Positions 50,407 through 62,896 of a stretch of 64,000 bases of DNA are shown here, piece by piece. Position numbers and translations under genes: made by a program. How positions within the stretch are numbered: the stretch's first letter is position 1; each line of letters opens with the position of its first letter. This DNA is from Eremomyces bilateralis CBS 781.70. Taxonomy: Eukaryota. The notes under the pieces were generated by a model. That model had not been told where the DNA came from. It saw only the letters and a list, made by a program, of their open reading frames with translations, and did not search any database. The stretch lies in assembly GCA_010015585.1 (NCBI GenBank), contig ML975155.1. One strand, written 5' to 3'.

Positions 50407-52116
50407 ATGCGACCGTCGTCTCTTTTACTTGCCGGAACAATAGTATGCCTATCATTATCCTCACCATCGTTTGGACGAACGGTCAATTCCAATCCTGCAC
50501 CTGAGGATCGAGCAGGTGCAGTCAAAGAGGCTTTTCAATTCGCTTGGGATGGCTACTTTAAGTACGCCTATCCTAACGATGAGCTTCGACCGGTGTCGAA
50601 TACATATAGCAACTCAAGGTTTGACAGTTTGGGTTTTTTCGAAGTCGCCTGCTAATACAAGCCAGAAATGGATGGGGCGCCTCAGCAGTCGATTCCCTGA
50701 GTACTGCGTGCATTATGCGACTTCCAGAAGTTATCGACACAATCCTGAAACACGTTTCCGAGGTCAATTTCTCAAGGACGGGTGACCTTGTGAATCTCTT
50801 TGAGACGACAATTAGGTATCTCGGTGGTCTGCTGTCAGGGTATGACCTTCTGACCGGTCCGCTCTCCGATTTATGCCTAGATGTAAGCAGCTCGACGCCT
50901 TCCGGTTGCTGTGAGATGTACTGGAATACCAGCTCTAAGCACGCTGACCTCTCCATAGCAAGAACTCGTCAATGGCTTGTTGGATCAGGCACAGAATCTT
51001 GCAGATATATTGAGCGTCGCATTTCGTACGCGTACTGGTATACCTTTCAATCGCTTGAATATCACCGACAATGGACTGGTTGGCGATGGGACGAATCACA
51101 TTGCCACAATTGGAACTCTTGTCCTAGAATGGACCCGCCTCAGTGATATTTTGGGCGATCCGAAGTATGGTAGTCTTGCCGAGAAAGCGGAGTCGTATCT
51201 TTTGGATCCTCAACCACCTGCTGGAGAGCCGTTCCCTGGGCTAATTGGAACCACTGTCAATATCTCAACCGGTGAGATTATGGAGTCAAGCGGCAGTTGG
51301 GGAGGTGGAGACGACTCATTCTATGAGTATTTAATCAAGATGTACACTTACGATCCCCAACGTTTTTCTGTCTACAGAGATCGATGGATATTGGCAGTGG
51401 ACTCTACAATCACTTACCTCCAGTCACATCCCTCATCTCGACCCGACCTGACTTTTGTCGCTGCTTTCCATGGAACAACCCCAATCAACAGCAGTTCGCA
51501 TTTGGCATGTTTCCATGGAGGCAACTTCATCCTGGGAGGGTTGGTGCTCAACCGGACTGCCTACATCGACTTCGGCCTCAAGCTTGTGAATGGCTGCCAC
51601 CAAACGTACGTTGCAACGGCTACTCGAATCGGGCCGGAGGGTTTCAGTTGGGACACGAGTGCCATTCTCAAGCCAAAGGACGAAGATTTCAAGACTCATG
51701 GCTTCTACATCACTGGCGGATCATATGCATTGCGTCCAGAAGTTATTGAGAGCTATTACTACGCATATCGCGCAACGGGCGATCAGCAATACCAGGAGTG
51801 GGCATGGGATGCGTTCGTAGCAATCAACGCGACGACAAGAACAGCCAGTGGGTTTTCCAGCATTTCGGATGTGGATGTACCCGGTGGTGGCAAAAAGTTG
51901 GATATGCAAGAGAGCTTCTTGTTTGCAGAGGTGTTCAAGTATGCTTATTTGATCTTTGCCGAGGTAAGATGGAAAAGGTTACGCTGCTGCACTTTACGCA
52001 TATCTAACGCTCAGTAGGATGACGAGTGGCAAGTCCCGAAGAACGGGAAGAACACATGGGTCTTCAACACCGAAGCACATCCGCTGAGAGCCGGTATCCG
52101 GGGATATCACCAGTGA
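50407..52116 (+). CDS. Secreted class I alpha-1,2-mannosidase (GH47, MsdS-like)
   Basis: Signal peptide. [65 protein letters not shown]. Introns at about 50619-50665, 50883-50958 and 51964-52017. Confidence 0.93.
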
Positions 52117-52259
52117 CTTGCATGCAGGTCATGCCGCAACAGACAAACTTAGATCCGCACTTCGTAATTCCTTAATCCTACATGTCCTTATTTACATATC
52201 GTGCACAGCGACAATGCTACTGATTCAGGAGCAACATTTCTTGGAGACTGTTGCTCCAC

Positions 52260-54409
52260 TCAAGGAAGAGCCGCTCCAACGCTTGCCGGAGCACGTTCGA
52301 TGGCATCTTCAAGTGCTCTGTTCTTCCCTCTCTTCACATAGCCCAGCAATCTCAAAGCCCCGTTAGGCGTCATGCCCTCAATTCTCCGCGCCTGGCCAAT
52401 ACTTTCGGGCTGCACTGCTGCCAGAGATATCCTCTCCTCGTGACTCAAGCCGTGGATGGCGTTGTAATCCAGATCCGGAGGGAGCTTCACGTTCTCGTCT
52501 CTCAGGAATACTTTGATCCGAGCTTGCTGTTGTGCAACATGCGGGGCATATTTAGCCTCGATATCGACACGACGTTGGATTGGTTCTGGGAAGGATGGAA
52601 TCTGAGGAATATGATCAATGAGCGACTCCAGCGTCACCCCGGTGACACGGAGGACGTCGTAGGCCGAGCGGTTCGTTGTGTCGCTCCGCACGTTGACGCC
52701 AATGGACTGCCAGGACTGGGCTGAGCGGACGTCAGCACGCAAAATGGCGGATAACTCAGCGATTTGGGACGATTCCGTTTGATATGCATGCCAGCGTGAT
52801 TCGGATATAATGCCAGCAGCATATCCCAAAGGCGTCAGTCGCGTGTCGGCGTTGTCGGTTCGGGCCGACATGCGGTATTCCGAGCGGGAAGTAAACATTC
52901 GGTACGGCTCCGTCACCCCCTTCGTGACCAGGTCATCGATCATGACTCCAATGTATCCATCTGCCCTGGACAACGAAAGGGAGTCTCGATTTTGCGAAAG
53001 CAGTCCTGCGTTGGCGCCCGCGATGATGCCCTGCGCAGCAGCCTCCTCATACCCCGTCGTTCCATTGATCTGGCCTGCAAGGAATAGGCCTTTGATCGGT
53101 TTCGTCTCCAAAGTCATCCGGAGGTTACGTGGATCGATGTAATCATATTCCACACCGTATCCCGGCTGGAGCATTTGCACCTTCTCCAGCCCTTTGATAG
53201 TTCTCAGCATCGTAAGTTGTGCGTCCTCCGGGATCGACGTCGATATGCCGTTGGGGTATATCACCTTGTTGTCGAACCCCTCGGGTTCTAGCCAGATGAT
53301 ATGCGAAGATTTGTTCGCAAACTTGGTCACCTTTGCTTCTAGCGAAGGACAGTATCGCGGGCCTTGAATATCTTCTTTGATATATTTCAAAGTTCGTCCC
53401 AGATTCTGGCGAACAATCTCGTGGGCCTTCTCATTCGTAGCGGTTTGGTAAGTAATCAGCTGGTTTTCGACCTCAACCCGTCGGTTGAGGTAGCTGAATG
53501 GGACCGGAGGGGAATCGCCTGGTTGCTCCAGAAGGTCACTGAAATCGATTGTTGATTTGTCCAACCGAGGAGGCGTCCCTGTTTTGAGTCTCCCGAGCTC
53601 GAAGCCGGCCTCTTTTAAAGATTTGCTCAGTCCTGTAGTTGCGGCTTCACCCATTCTGCCGGCCGGCGTGACTTTCATACCTGTGGAACAATTAATACAT
53701 GCACCACAGGTTTCAGTGACCCAAAGACCTACCGACATGGATTTCTCCACCTAGGAATGTTCCGGTTGTAATGATCACGCATTTCGACGGAACCACTTCC
53801 CCGGTTTCCAGTCTGACGCCGGCGATCCGTCCTGATCTGCCTTCGTGCTCCATTTGTTTGTCCACCACAATGTCCGCAACCTTATTCTCGATGATGGTCA
53901 ACCCTTCGTAGCTCCGCATCTCTTCTTGCATATACCGAGCGTACAGCGATCGATCAATTTGTGCCCGAGGACCCCACACCGCTGGCCCTTTCTTGCGGTT
54001 CAGAACACGGAAGTGTGTTCCGGCCTTGTCCACGATTCGACCGACTACCCCATCGAGTGCATCGATCTCCCGAACCATCGCGCCCTTCCCAATGCCGCCG
54101 AAACTAGGATTGCAGGAGCATACGCCGAGGTTGTTGATGGACGGCGTGATAAGTGCAGTTCGGGCACCCGTACGGGCTGCTGCAGCGCAGGCTTCGGTAC
54201 CAGCATGGCCTCCGCCGATGACGAGAACATCAAACGCACTGCACAATGTTAGCTGGCGGGGCCATGTATACGAGAACTCCCTGGACAATTCCTTACTGTG
54301 TATCGGTCGCGACTGTGGCAAGTGGTCGCACACCACACCTGGTGACGGATCTCACTCGAGGGGCATGGCCCCAGAACGGCGTCGCCCGAGGACCATAGCG
54401 AGCGACCAT
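52260..54409 (-). CDS. MTO1: Mitochondrial tRNA U34 modification enzyme Mto1 (GidA/MnmG family)
   Basis: [91 protein letters not shown]. Two introns (about 54240-54296 and 53681-53733). Confidence 0.95.
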
Positions 54410-54776
54410 ATGGAAATATCCCAGGATACTACTAATTGCTCAATCCGTTCGGATATCAAAATATTATCGCGGGACTGAGACTCGCGGTTGAAGTCCACTC
54501 CGACAGGGACATTGTGCGGGTAAACTCCGGTAATAAAATTCCAGTTCGCCCCCTCGAGTTATCAGTTCAGGTCCGTTGAGATCGTAGAAGGTATGACACT
54601 GACACTGTACGAAACCTACGCGACGCATGGAAATGAAAGATATCCATTAACGGATAGCATTGAATAACTGTCTAGCTACCCATGAAGGCCACATCCAAGC
54701 TACTCCCGCTGAATTTTCCATATGCTCCTACCATCCATAACACTAGCTAGATAATGGAGACGTGCCAAATCCCTCC

Positions 54777-57614
54777 TCACTCCTCCACCTCTTCCATCTC
54801 CTCACCATCTTCCTCCTCTTCCTCCTCCACTCCATTGGCCTCGTCATCCACATCGCCATCAGTAGCATCCTCCGCCGCCTCCGCTGCACCATGATCCACC
54901 AGGCTTTCCCCCTTCTTCTCCGCATCCAACCACAATTGCCAGTCCGGCCACATCTCTTCATCCGCCTCTTCCCCTTCTCGTTCTCCGCCAGGGGGCACCC
55001 CTAGCAGTCGAGAAACACGACCCTTACCCCCCTTCTCGAGGTCCGTTCTCCACTTCTGGAAAAGCTCTGGGGTGACACTGGGCTTGAACGTCAAGCTGGC
55101 GAGGACTGCCTCCGGGAGCCTGCCGGTCTGCTCGAGCAGCTCCAGAACGCCGTCGACATCACCAAGAGCCCACAAGCATTCAAATGCAACGTTGCGGGCG
55201 CCAGCTGCCGATGCCCTCTCCGCCAGGCTTCGCAACCCCTTCGGGTCGGACGCAGAAGTGTAGAGAAGGAGGAGACTTCCAAGATCATTGCCTCGATCGA
55301 AACATTCGGAGGCTAACCGCAGATCCCACATCTCGAGAGCTTTGTCACCTAGAAGGCGCCATTTGCCCTCCTTGTCTTCCTCCCGAGCGATATCCTCTGC
55401 AATGTCCAATCGCGCAAGGTTCAATGCCAGCTCAAACCGCTGTTCTCCGTCAGTTGCAACTTCCAGGGCAAGCTCTTTGTGGCCGAGGCCCTCCAAAAAT
55501 CGAGCAATCCGAGCCATCTGGTCTTTCGGAACTTCGGCAAGAACCTCGGCTGCCGACTCCATGTCTTCGCGAAGGATTAATGTTTGGTATTCCACGACGG
55601 CCAAGGAGAGGGCGTATGAAGTGATATTGATGTCCTTGTCGCAAACGTACACCCTCGAGTCTCGAGGGAGATAACCGAGCAGGTATAACGGAGCATCGGA
55701 CGATGCGAGGGTGTGGGTCGTGGTGCCAACCAGGTAATTCAACCGATTTGTGGTGTTGGTATAAATGAATGCATCGCCAACCCATTGACCGGTTCGCACA
55801 CTGCACAGAGTCAGCTTCGATTCCCCGATATGCTAGAATATCTACTTACCTCTCATTGATGTCAGTAATGACTTCGATGGCCGACTCGACACCGTCTTGC
55901 TCCACCTCGCCGTTCTGTAGGGCCGCGACGTAGTTTTCTCTCGAAAAACGAAGGACGTAAAAGGTATCTTCGCAGGCAAGAGTAAACAGCTCGCCACTTT
56001 CCGACCAATAAACCTAAGTCAAGTCAGCATATAGAGACGATCCGGGGGAAACCTAACTTACGCTCTTTGGCTCCACTTCGATTCTTCGCACCAATCCGCC
56101 AGTTTCCCAGTCGAAGAGTCCAATTCCGCCTTGTCCTCTCACGCCAAGGAGGGTACCGCCGCTCAGCCCTTCAGCAGAGAACCCGACATCAAGGCCCCCG
56201 CCCCCCCGCTCCTTGAGGTTGCGGAACAGTTTGACGCTCGTCGTACTTTCTCGGATCGCAAAGTCTTTGTCATTCTCCTTGCTGCCCCATACAAAGTCCA
56301 ACGCTTTGCCGTAGGCAGAATTCCGTAGGGCCAATGCGGTATAGATGATGTACTCTCCATCGCCGCACACCGCAACGAAGCGACCATTTGGCGAATGTAC
56401 CAGGGTTTGGGGGTAAATTTCGGCGGAGCCAAGGTCCTTCGCGGTTATTGTAAGACGGTCACCATCTTTAAGGGTTTTGTCTGACATTGTTAGATGAAGA
56501 CTCGCAGTGGATGCCATGGAAATTACCTCCTCCCTTGATGACGGCGGACAAAATCTCCGCGTGCTTCGCCCAAATCACCTTTCCGCTCCCATCCATGGAC
56601 ACAGCGGGTTCCTCCTGGCCCATCTTTACGACGACCGCGCCATCATCGAACCCAACGGCGACGCCTTGCTTGCCCTTTTGATAGCTGACGCACCAGGCTC
56701 GCTCCAGCCCGTAATTGAGGGTTTGCTCCAGTCGATAGGTGTTGGCATGCCAGATCTTCACCGTCCCGTCCTCGGATCCGGAAATAATCACGGGAAGCTC
56801 GGGATGATAGCATGCGAAGCTGACATTGCTCGAGTGGCCTTCCAGGGTGGCGATGAGACCCTTGGTCGTATAGTCCCAGACCTTGACGGTCTTGTCATCG
56901 GATGTGGTAAGAAGGTACGGTTTGTCGGAGTGCGGGTAATATTCGACATGATTGACCCCTTTCGTTTCATGCGCTTCTAGGGTGAAATTCGGTGTACCGC
57001 TGCCCAGATTCCAGATCTTCACCGTGCGGTCCAAGCACGCACTGGCAAAGGTATTCGTGTCCTTCGGGTTAATGGCCAGTCCCATGACATAGTGGGAGTG
57101 CCCTTCGAACACTTGAACACATTTCCAGCTTTTCTCCCAGTCCCATAGCTTGATAGTCATATCATCGCTGGCGGTCAGGACAAATGGTTGTGACGGGTGG
57201 ACCACAATCGCTCGGATATAATCCGGGTGGGCTTCGAACGAGGTGATTTTCTCCGATGTGTTGTAATTGTAGACGCGCAGTTGGAAATCATCAGAGCCGC
57301 AGACCAGCCAATTCTTGCGGGCGATGAAGCGGCCCGCTCGAACCGGGACATCGGTCAGCTCGAAGGTCTTGACGATCGCCTGGGTTTCGTAGGACCAGAT
57401 GTAAACATGGCCGCTGTAGAGGGTCGTGAGGATCCATGGCTCGGTCGGATGGAAGTCGATCCCCTTGACCCGCTCGGATCGCGCAAATAGCTGTCTCTGG
57501 AGGTTCAGAGAGATGATGTTAGCTCCGCTCATGTTGCTGGATGAGCGTCGTCGGGAGTAAGAGACGATGGTTGTTGAAGGGCAGTGTAGCGCATACCTTG
57601 ACGTCTAACCTCAT
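54777..57614 (-). CDS. SEC27: Coatomer beta' subunit
   Basis: [29 protein letters not shown]40 repeats, coatomer WDAD region and acidic tail. Four introns, including 56481-56526. Confidence 0.96.
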
Positions 57615-58421
57615 CGTGAAGGGCGCTCAATCACGATGCTGAGTTCCCAATGCGGAGGAGGTAAGGGACACAAGGTTACAGCAGGAGCATTTGCGCTGCG
57701 TCGTACAGGACTGTGGCTCACATGCGAGGTTTGAAGGCTAGATGGTGAACAATTGGAGACCAGGGTTTCAAGTTTCAAATCGAATAATGAGGATCAAATC
57801 AGCGATTTGATTTACGCAGACCAGCAAAAGTATCCGAATTGCTCGACCAGTGGACTTGGACACTTGGACACTTGGACTTGTCGTTGACTCTCACAGACCG
57901 CAGTTCCGCTGGCTGGTGGGAGGTGTCCATTTCCTCATATGGAATAGCGTCGCTTACAAAGGCACAGCTATAGGGTTGTCACGTGATCTATTCATTTGCG
58001 GCGGAGTTTGCCTCCCCACCGTACTCCCTACAACGACCTCTCAGGATGCTACAATGAGGCGATGAGGATGCGGACTATCACAATTACACAAGCAAAGAGG
58101 CGGAATCCCGCTTCGGTGACATCAGCTTCACTATACATTGGACACATATGTACAATTCCCCCTCTCGTCACATCGCTCACTCAATCGCTCTCCGATAATC
58201 AGAACAGATAAATGAAATGGTCGGCACCCGTGGCACGGGGTAGACCTGGTATCTAATCCCCGAAATCGGGGTCCAAATCGAATAAGAATATGGGACATGA
58301 CGTGCTAATATAGTGAAATGGTTGTCCGGTTCGGAACTAAATGGTGGCTGCGTGTCGATGGTTGGCAGGGCTGATATTACGGATGAGAGGAATCGACTCG
58401 TTCCGGCTCGATGGATCTGGC

Positions 58422-61046
58422 TCAATTCCATCCCAAGCTGTTTTCGCTCATGACCGGCGCGCTGATCTGGGTCGTACGAATGCTCCGGCCCTGGCTACTT
58501 CCGCTCTGGCCTGCGGAACTGCCAGACAGGCCGCTTCGGTCGGAGTATCGGCTCTGGCGTCCGCTCATTCCGGGGGTGACTCTGTCGTGGCCTGCACCCG
58601 TCATCCATGGTCCGCCCTCCTGGCTACCGCTTTGAACGGAGCTGGTTCGCTGGTGCCGTCGTGCCTTGCGTTGCTTGTACCGCCGTGCGACGAGGACCAT
58701 GGCACCTCCGTACAGCACTGCGCCGACTGCCGCTGACACACCAACGGCCACGGAGGTGGATTTTACTGGAGACGAGGACGATGCATCGCCCCCAAACGCG
58801 GAACCGCCATCGGCTTTGGTGGGCGACGATGCCGATGGATTGTTAGGCCCCGTGCCCCTGTTATCGTCCAAGAGTTGGCCAGGTAGGAGAGGAATGGACG
58901 GGTTGATCAAGCCCATTAACGTTCGCGCCGATTCGTCCGGGTTTCCGTACAATTGGCTGACGGGCGAAAGCAGGTCTGCACCGAGCTGGCTCACCTTGTC
59001 GGACGCAACGTAAAAGAGGGCAAGCGTGGTGATGTATTGAAGATCTTCGGTCGTGTCATAGGGTTGCAACGCGTAGAAAACCACCTGCTCCCGTGGAATT
59101 TTCAGGCCAAAGGCGATACCTTCGGGAAGGAAGCGGTAAATTTGGCGTCTGCTAACTGAGCTCGACGACACGAATGGGAAATTGAGCGGATAACTGAAAC
59201 CAACTTGAACAAGAGTCGAATCCTTCGGGGCTTCTGGCGTGCCTCCAGGCGGCTTGATGAGTTTTGGCATGGTAGACGGGATGCCCGTCTCGACCGCAGT
59301 CAGTGTAACCGTGTTCGACGTCGGTTCGGCAACGATGCTGCTCGGAACAAATTGCGTGCTGAGCGTATCGGACCCGGTGGGGATGACGCTAAATACGGGC
59401 GCCTCGCTTAACGTGGTTGGTCCGGGAACCACAGTTGACGGGGTCTCGATTTGAGATGTCGCAGAACTGGTAGCGGATAGGGAAGGGTCCACGATACCAC
59501 TAACCGACGATGAGCTCACTGGTAGGGAGCTAGAAGGTGATTCCGATAATGAAATGGGTCCCGTTGGATCAGATACTGGAATAGTAGAGTTGCTGATAGG
59601 CAGGTCGGTCGGAAGCGTACTTGAGGTGCTTTCCAAGGTCGGAGTGCTGACAGGTGGTGCCGTCGGGTTCGCGATAAATGAGCTCTCTGTCGAGTTATCT
59701 GGCGTCGACGTGGGAAAGGCCGGATCCGAGGTTTCCGGGGGGACCTCAGATACAATTGACGAGGCCTCCGATGCAATAGAGGACAGGATCAATGACAGAT
59801 CTTGGGTCGGGGCCACAGGGTCCGTGGGATTCGGCGAGGAACTGATGCCTGAAAATTCGGACGCGGCTGAGGACAAGATGCTAGAGATGTCCTCACTAAG
59901 AGACTCTGAGGGCGTCGGAGAGCTCGTCAAATCGCCCAACGCACTGGACGCTTCGGACGCGATTGAAGAGATAACATCTCCTGGGTCGGGTGGTGAAGTG
60001 GTCTCCGGTGGAGCTGATGAAGTGGGAATCGAGTCTGGTGGGAAGGATTCAGACCCGGACGGAAGTGCTTCAATCGAGCTGGAAGCACCGGTTCCCAGCG
60101 CGCCAGTTGGGAAGACTCCTCCTGTTAGAGATCCGATGATCCCATCCAAGAAATCACCCGATGAGGAGGTGGGAGTAGCGAGATCCGATGGCTCAGAAGC
60201 TGAAGTCGATATGACCGAATCCGACGCCGAGCTGATGACTGTGGAGAGCCCTACAATGATGCCAGTGGGTGACTCTGACGTCGAAGGTGCAGTTTCGGAT
60301 GACGGGTCCGGTGTACTTGATGGTTGCAAGACCGTCTCGGGTGTTCCACCGGTGCTGGATTCAAAGAAAGCACCGCCGAAGGGGACCGATAAACTTGGAA
60401 GTATGATACTCGACGGAACTCCCCCGCCGCTGCTCGGGTCGCTCTCCGAATTAGATAATGAGCTTTCTAGAGATGGTGTCGGTAGGAGGGTGGGAAGGGA
60501 GAGTCCATTCGATCCGATTCCAATACCTAGGTCTAGAATGGGGGAGGTCGGCGTCTCGGAAGTCTCCGGCACCACCGGCGCGGTCCCTGACTCTGCGACA
60601 CCACTTGGGGGAAGGATACCATCGGTAGTCCCCGACTCTGCGGAACCGCTTGGGAGAAGGATACCATCGGCGGTCCCTGACTCTGCGGCGCCACTTGGGG
60701 GCAGGATACCTTCGGCGGTCGGAGTGGCCATCGGATCGAATACGAAGACACTTGTCGAACTCACTACGATAGTCGTGACAGCATCCGAAGATGTTGTCTC
60801 CTCCGTCAAGTCGCTTGCGATGTTACTGATCAGACCCGAGAAGTCTGACTCCTGGGCGTCTGGTACAGGTAGCAATGCACTCAAATTGCCGATCTGTCTC
60901 TTGACAACCCGGGGAAAATAGTACCGCGGACGGTCGGGGTCTCTGGTATTGGGAGGGGCCGGTGCGGCTTCGGCGTATGTTAATAGTGGCCCGCAGAATG
61001 AGACCATGGCCATAGAGGCCGCTAGAAATCCTCGAGACTGCACCAT
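58422..61046 (-). CDS. MSB2: Signalling mucin Msb2
   Basis: Signal peptide, long Ser/Thr/Pro region, HMH domain (STLVQVGFSYPLNFPFV..QIYRFLPEGIA), one TM helix followed by RRYKQRK, and C-terminal ISAPVMSENSLGWN. Confidence 0.92.
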   Translation of the reverse strand: MVQSRGFLAASMAMVSFCGPLLTYAEAAPAPPNTRDPDRPRYYFPRVVKRQIGNLSALLPVPDAQESDFSGLISNIASDLTEETTSSDAVTTIVVSSTSVFVFDPMATPTAEGILPPSGAAESGTADGILLPSGSAESGTTDGILPPSGVAESGTAPVVPETSETPTSPILDLGIGIGSNGLSLPTLLPTPSLESSLSNSESDPSSGGGVPSSIILPSLSVPFGGAFFESSTGGTPETVLQPSSTPDPSSETAPSTSESPTGIIVGLSTVISSASDSVISTSASEPSDLATPTSSSGDFLDGIIGSLTGGVFPTGALGTGASSSIEALPSGSESFPPDSIPTSSAPPETTSPPDPGDVISSIASEASSALGDLTSSPTPSESLSEDISSILSSAASEFSGISSSPNPTDPVAPTQDLSLILSSIASEASSIVSEVPPETSDPAFPTSTPDNSTESSFIANPTAPPVSTPTLESTSSTLPTDLPISNSTIPVSDPTGPISLSESPSSSLPVSSSSVSGIVDPSLSATSSATSQIETPSTVVPGPTTLSEAPVFSVIPTGSDTLSTQFVPSSIVAEPTSNTVTLTAVETGIPSTMPKLIKPPGGTPEAPKDSTLVQVGFSYPLNFPFVSSSSVSRRQIYRFLPEGIAFGLKIPREQVVFYALQPYDTTEDLQYITTLALFYVASDKVSQLGADLLSPVSQLYGNPDESARTLMGLINPSIPLLPGQLLDDNRGTGPNNPSASSPTKADGGSAFGGDASSSSPVKSTSVAVGVSAAVGAVLYGGAMVLVARRYKQRKARRHQRTSSVQSGSQEGGPWMTGAGHDRVTPGMSGRQSRYSDRSGLSGSSAGQSGSSQGRSIRTTQISAPVMSENSLGWN
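60579..60713 (-). repeat. 45-bp coding minisatellite x3 in MSB2 (GILPPSGAAESGTAD-like units)
   Basis: Three 15-aa units are visible in both DNA and protein. Confidence 0.85.
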
Positions 61047-62862
61047 CGTGAAATCAATACGTCCGAACAAGATGCAATGGAAATGATGCCGCTGGAAAAG
61101 ATGTATATGGAACGACTAGAAATATAATGTCAATACGGGAGAATGTTCGACGATTTCACAGAAACTTACAATGTCAGGATATTTGTATAAACGAGTGTAC
61201 TTGACGAGTCAAGACTGATAATCAGATATCTGAAAAAGTTAGGAACCGTCCAATTCGCATGACAGCAATGGTCGTGGGGGTTCGACGTTTGTGAGGTTGA
61301 GGAAAGAGTAGCTTACTAGACTGCGAAGCAGTATTCTATGTTGAAAACTTTGGATAAATGCGAGTATATCGACAGTGGTTTCGAAGGCCCAAGGAACCAA
61401 ACTATACAACCATTCTGCTCCAGAACTTTTGGACAGACTGGCGAATCGAAAAAAGACACGGAAGAATCGAAGCTCTCGAACGATTGATGATTGACGATTG
61501 ACGATTGACGCCCAAATTGAGGGGAAAAATGAGTCGCAGAGGGTCGGTCCCTGATCAAGGTATTTCGACACCCAAATCAATGTCACAGGATTCCCTGTCT
61601 TCAGAATGGAATTAGGTCCTTGTGTTGGCAATGGAAGAACCTCGCAGGCAGACAAAGAGAAAATTGCTTCGCGTCAACTTGGAGGCAATGCAGAGAGGAT
61701 CGAGGGCTTTGTTCGTCTCGAATCTCAACCTTCTCCTAAGTATGGCGATGGTGTGGTTGACAAATAGACGTTGATCCAGATCCCGGACACTCTTTTCGTT
61801 TACTTTGTTGCGTTTAAACTTGTCGTGATCGCTTTGTGTCGAGGCGTATAAACGGTTCGGACTCGGGTTGTCGAGCGAGCTCGGGACGGGTTGACGGAAG
61901 GACGGTTCGCAGAGGAAACTCGTAAAAAAATAGTGAATCAAATGAGTGTCGGGCGATTCGCAAAGCGAAATTGCCAATGAAGATGGGTCGTAAAACGAGT
62001 GGCGGAGACGACAGGCGCTCAAAGATAGGCGATGGAAGTGGAGGACGGTTGCAGTGGGATAGACAGGTCGCAAATGGATCTCTCACGGCCGACCTTTAGC
62101 GGTAACGACCCAACACTGCGCGCGACTCCAGGCAGTGCGGGCGTGTTGTCGAGATGTATAGGTCCCGTTGGACCGAAGGAGTAAGGAGGACAGCAAAAGG
62201 ATGGGATCGGTGGAAAGGACGCTGTGAGGATGAAGGGAAATGGAAAAACTCAAAAGAGAGAGAGAGCGAGGAAGCACGAGAGCCGGACGAGGTGAGGTGA
62301 GCAGCTGGGTGACTGGAGCGCCTGGGGCAGTGCGTGGAGAGCGAGAACAGTAGAACCGCAGAGGAGAGGGAGAGACTGGCGGAGCCGGGCAAGCAACGAA
62401 CGATGGAGCGAGCAAGTGGCTGCCAAGGATGTGCAAATGCCAAATGGCGGTTGAATGGCCACAGGGGCAGGCACGTATTCATTATCTAAGCCAGGGGTGA
62501 TACAGGGATATTGCAGGGGGTACGGCAGGGGGTCGCGGAAGGAGCCAGCGCCCAAAGCCAAGGAACCCAGTGACCCTTCTCCAGAGGAGGAAAGTGTTAT
62601 GGAGTCCAGGTCCACACACGTGTATTTGCGCATGTACACTTGTACAGTATGGGCAAATAGTTACTGAAATACATCAATCGTCAATCCAACATCAAGCCCC
62701 TAGCCACTAGCAGTTCATAGTATGGCATAACGGGAAAGGAGGAGCGAGGGTTCCGGTTCAATTTAACTCCTGTCTCCTTTTACATGTCCTATTTTGACGT
62801 GTGGAGAGTGGAGACTGACCTTGACCACCGTTGTCTGTGGCTGTGGGAGTTCATGTCGGACA

Positions 62863-62896
62863 TCAAAACTCAAAACTCAAAACTCAAAACTCAAAA
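62863..62896. repeat. 7-bp tandem repeat (TCAAAAC)x4-5
   Basis: Read directly from the sequence. Confidence 0.85.

Noticed and set aside
59554..60921. 455-aa plus-strand ORF
   Set aside because: Antisense shadow of the low-complexity MSB2 coding region.
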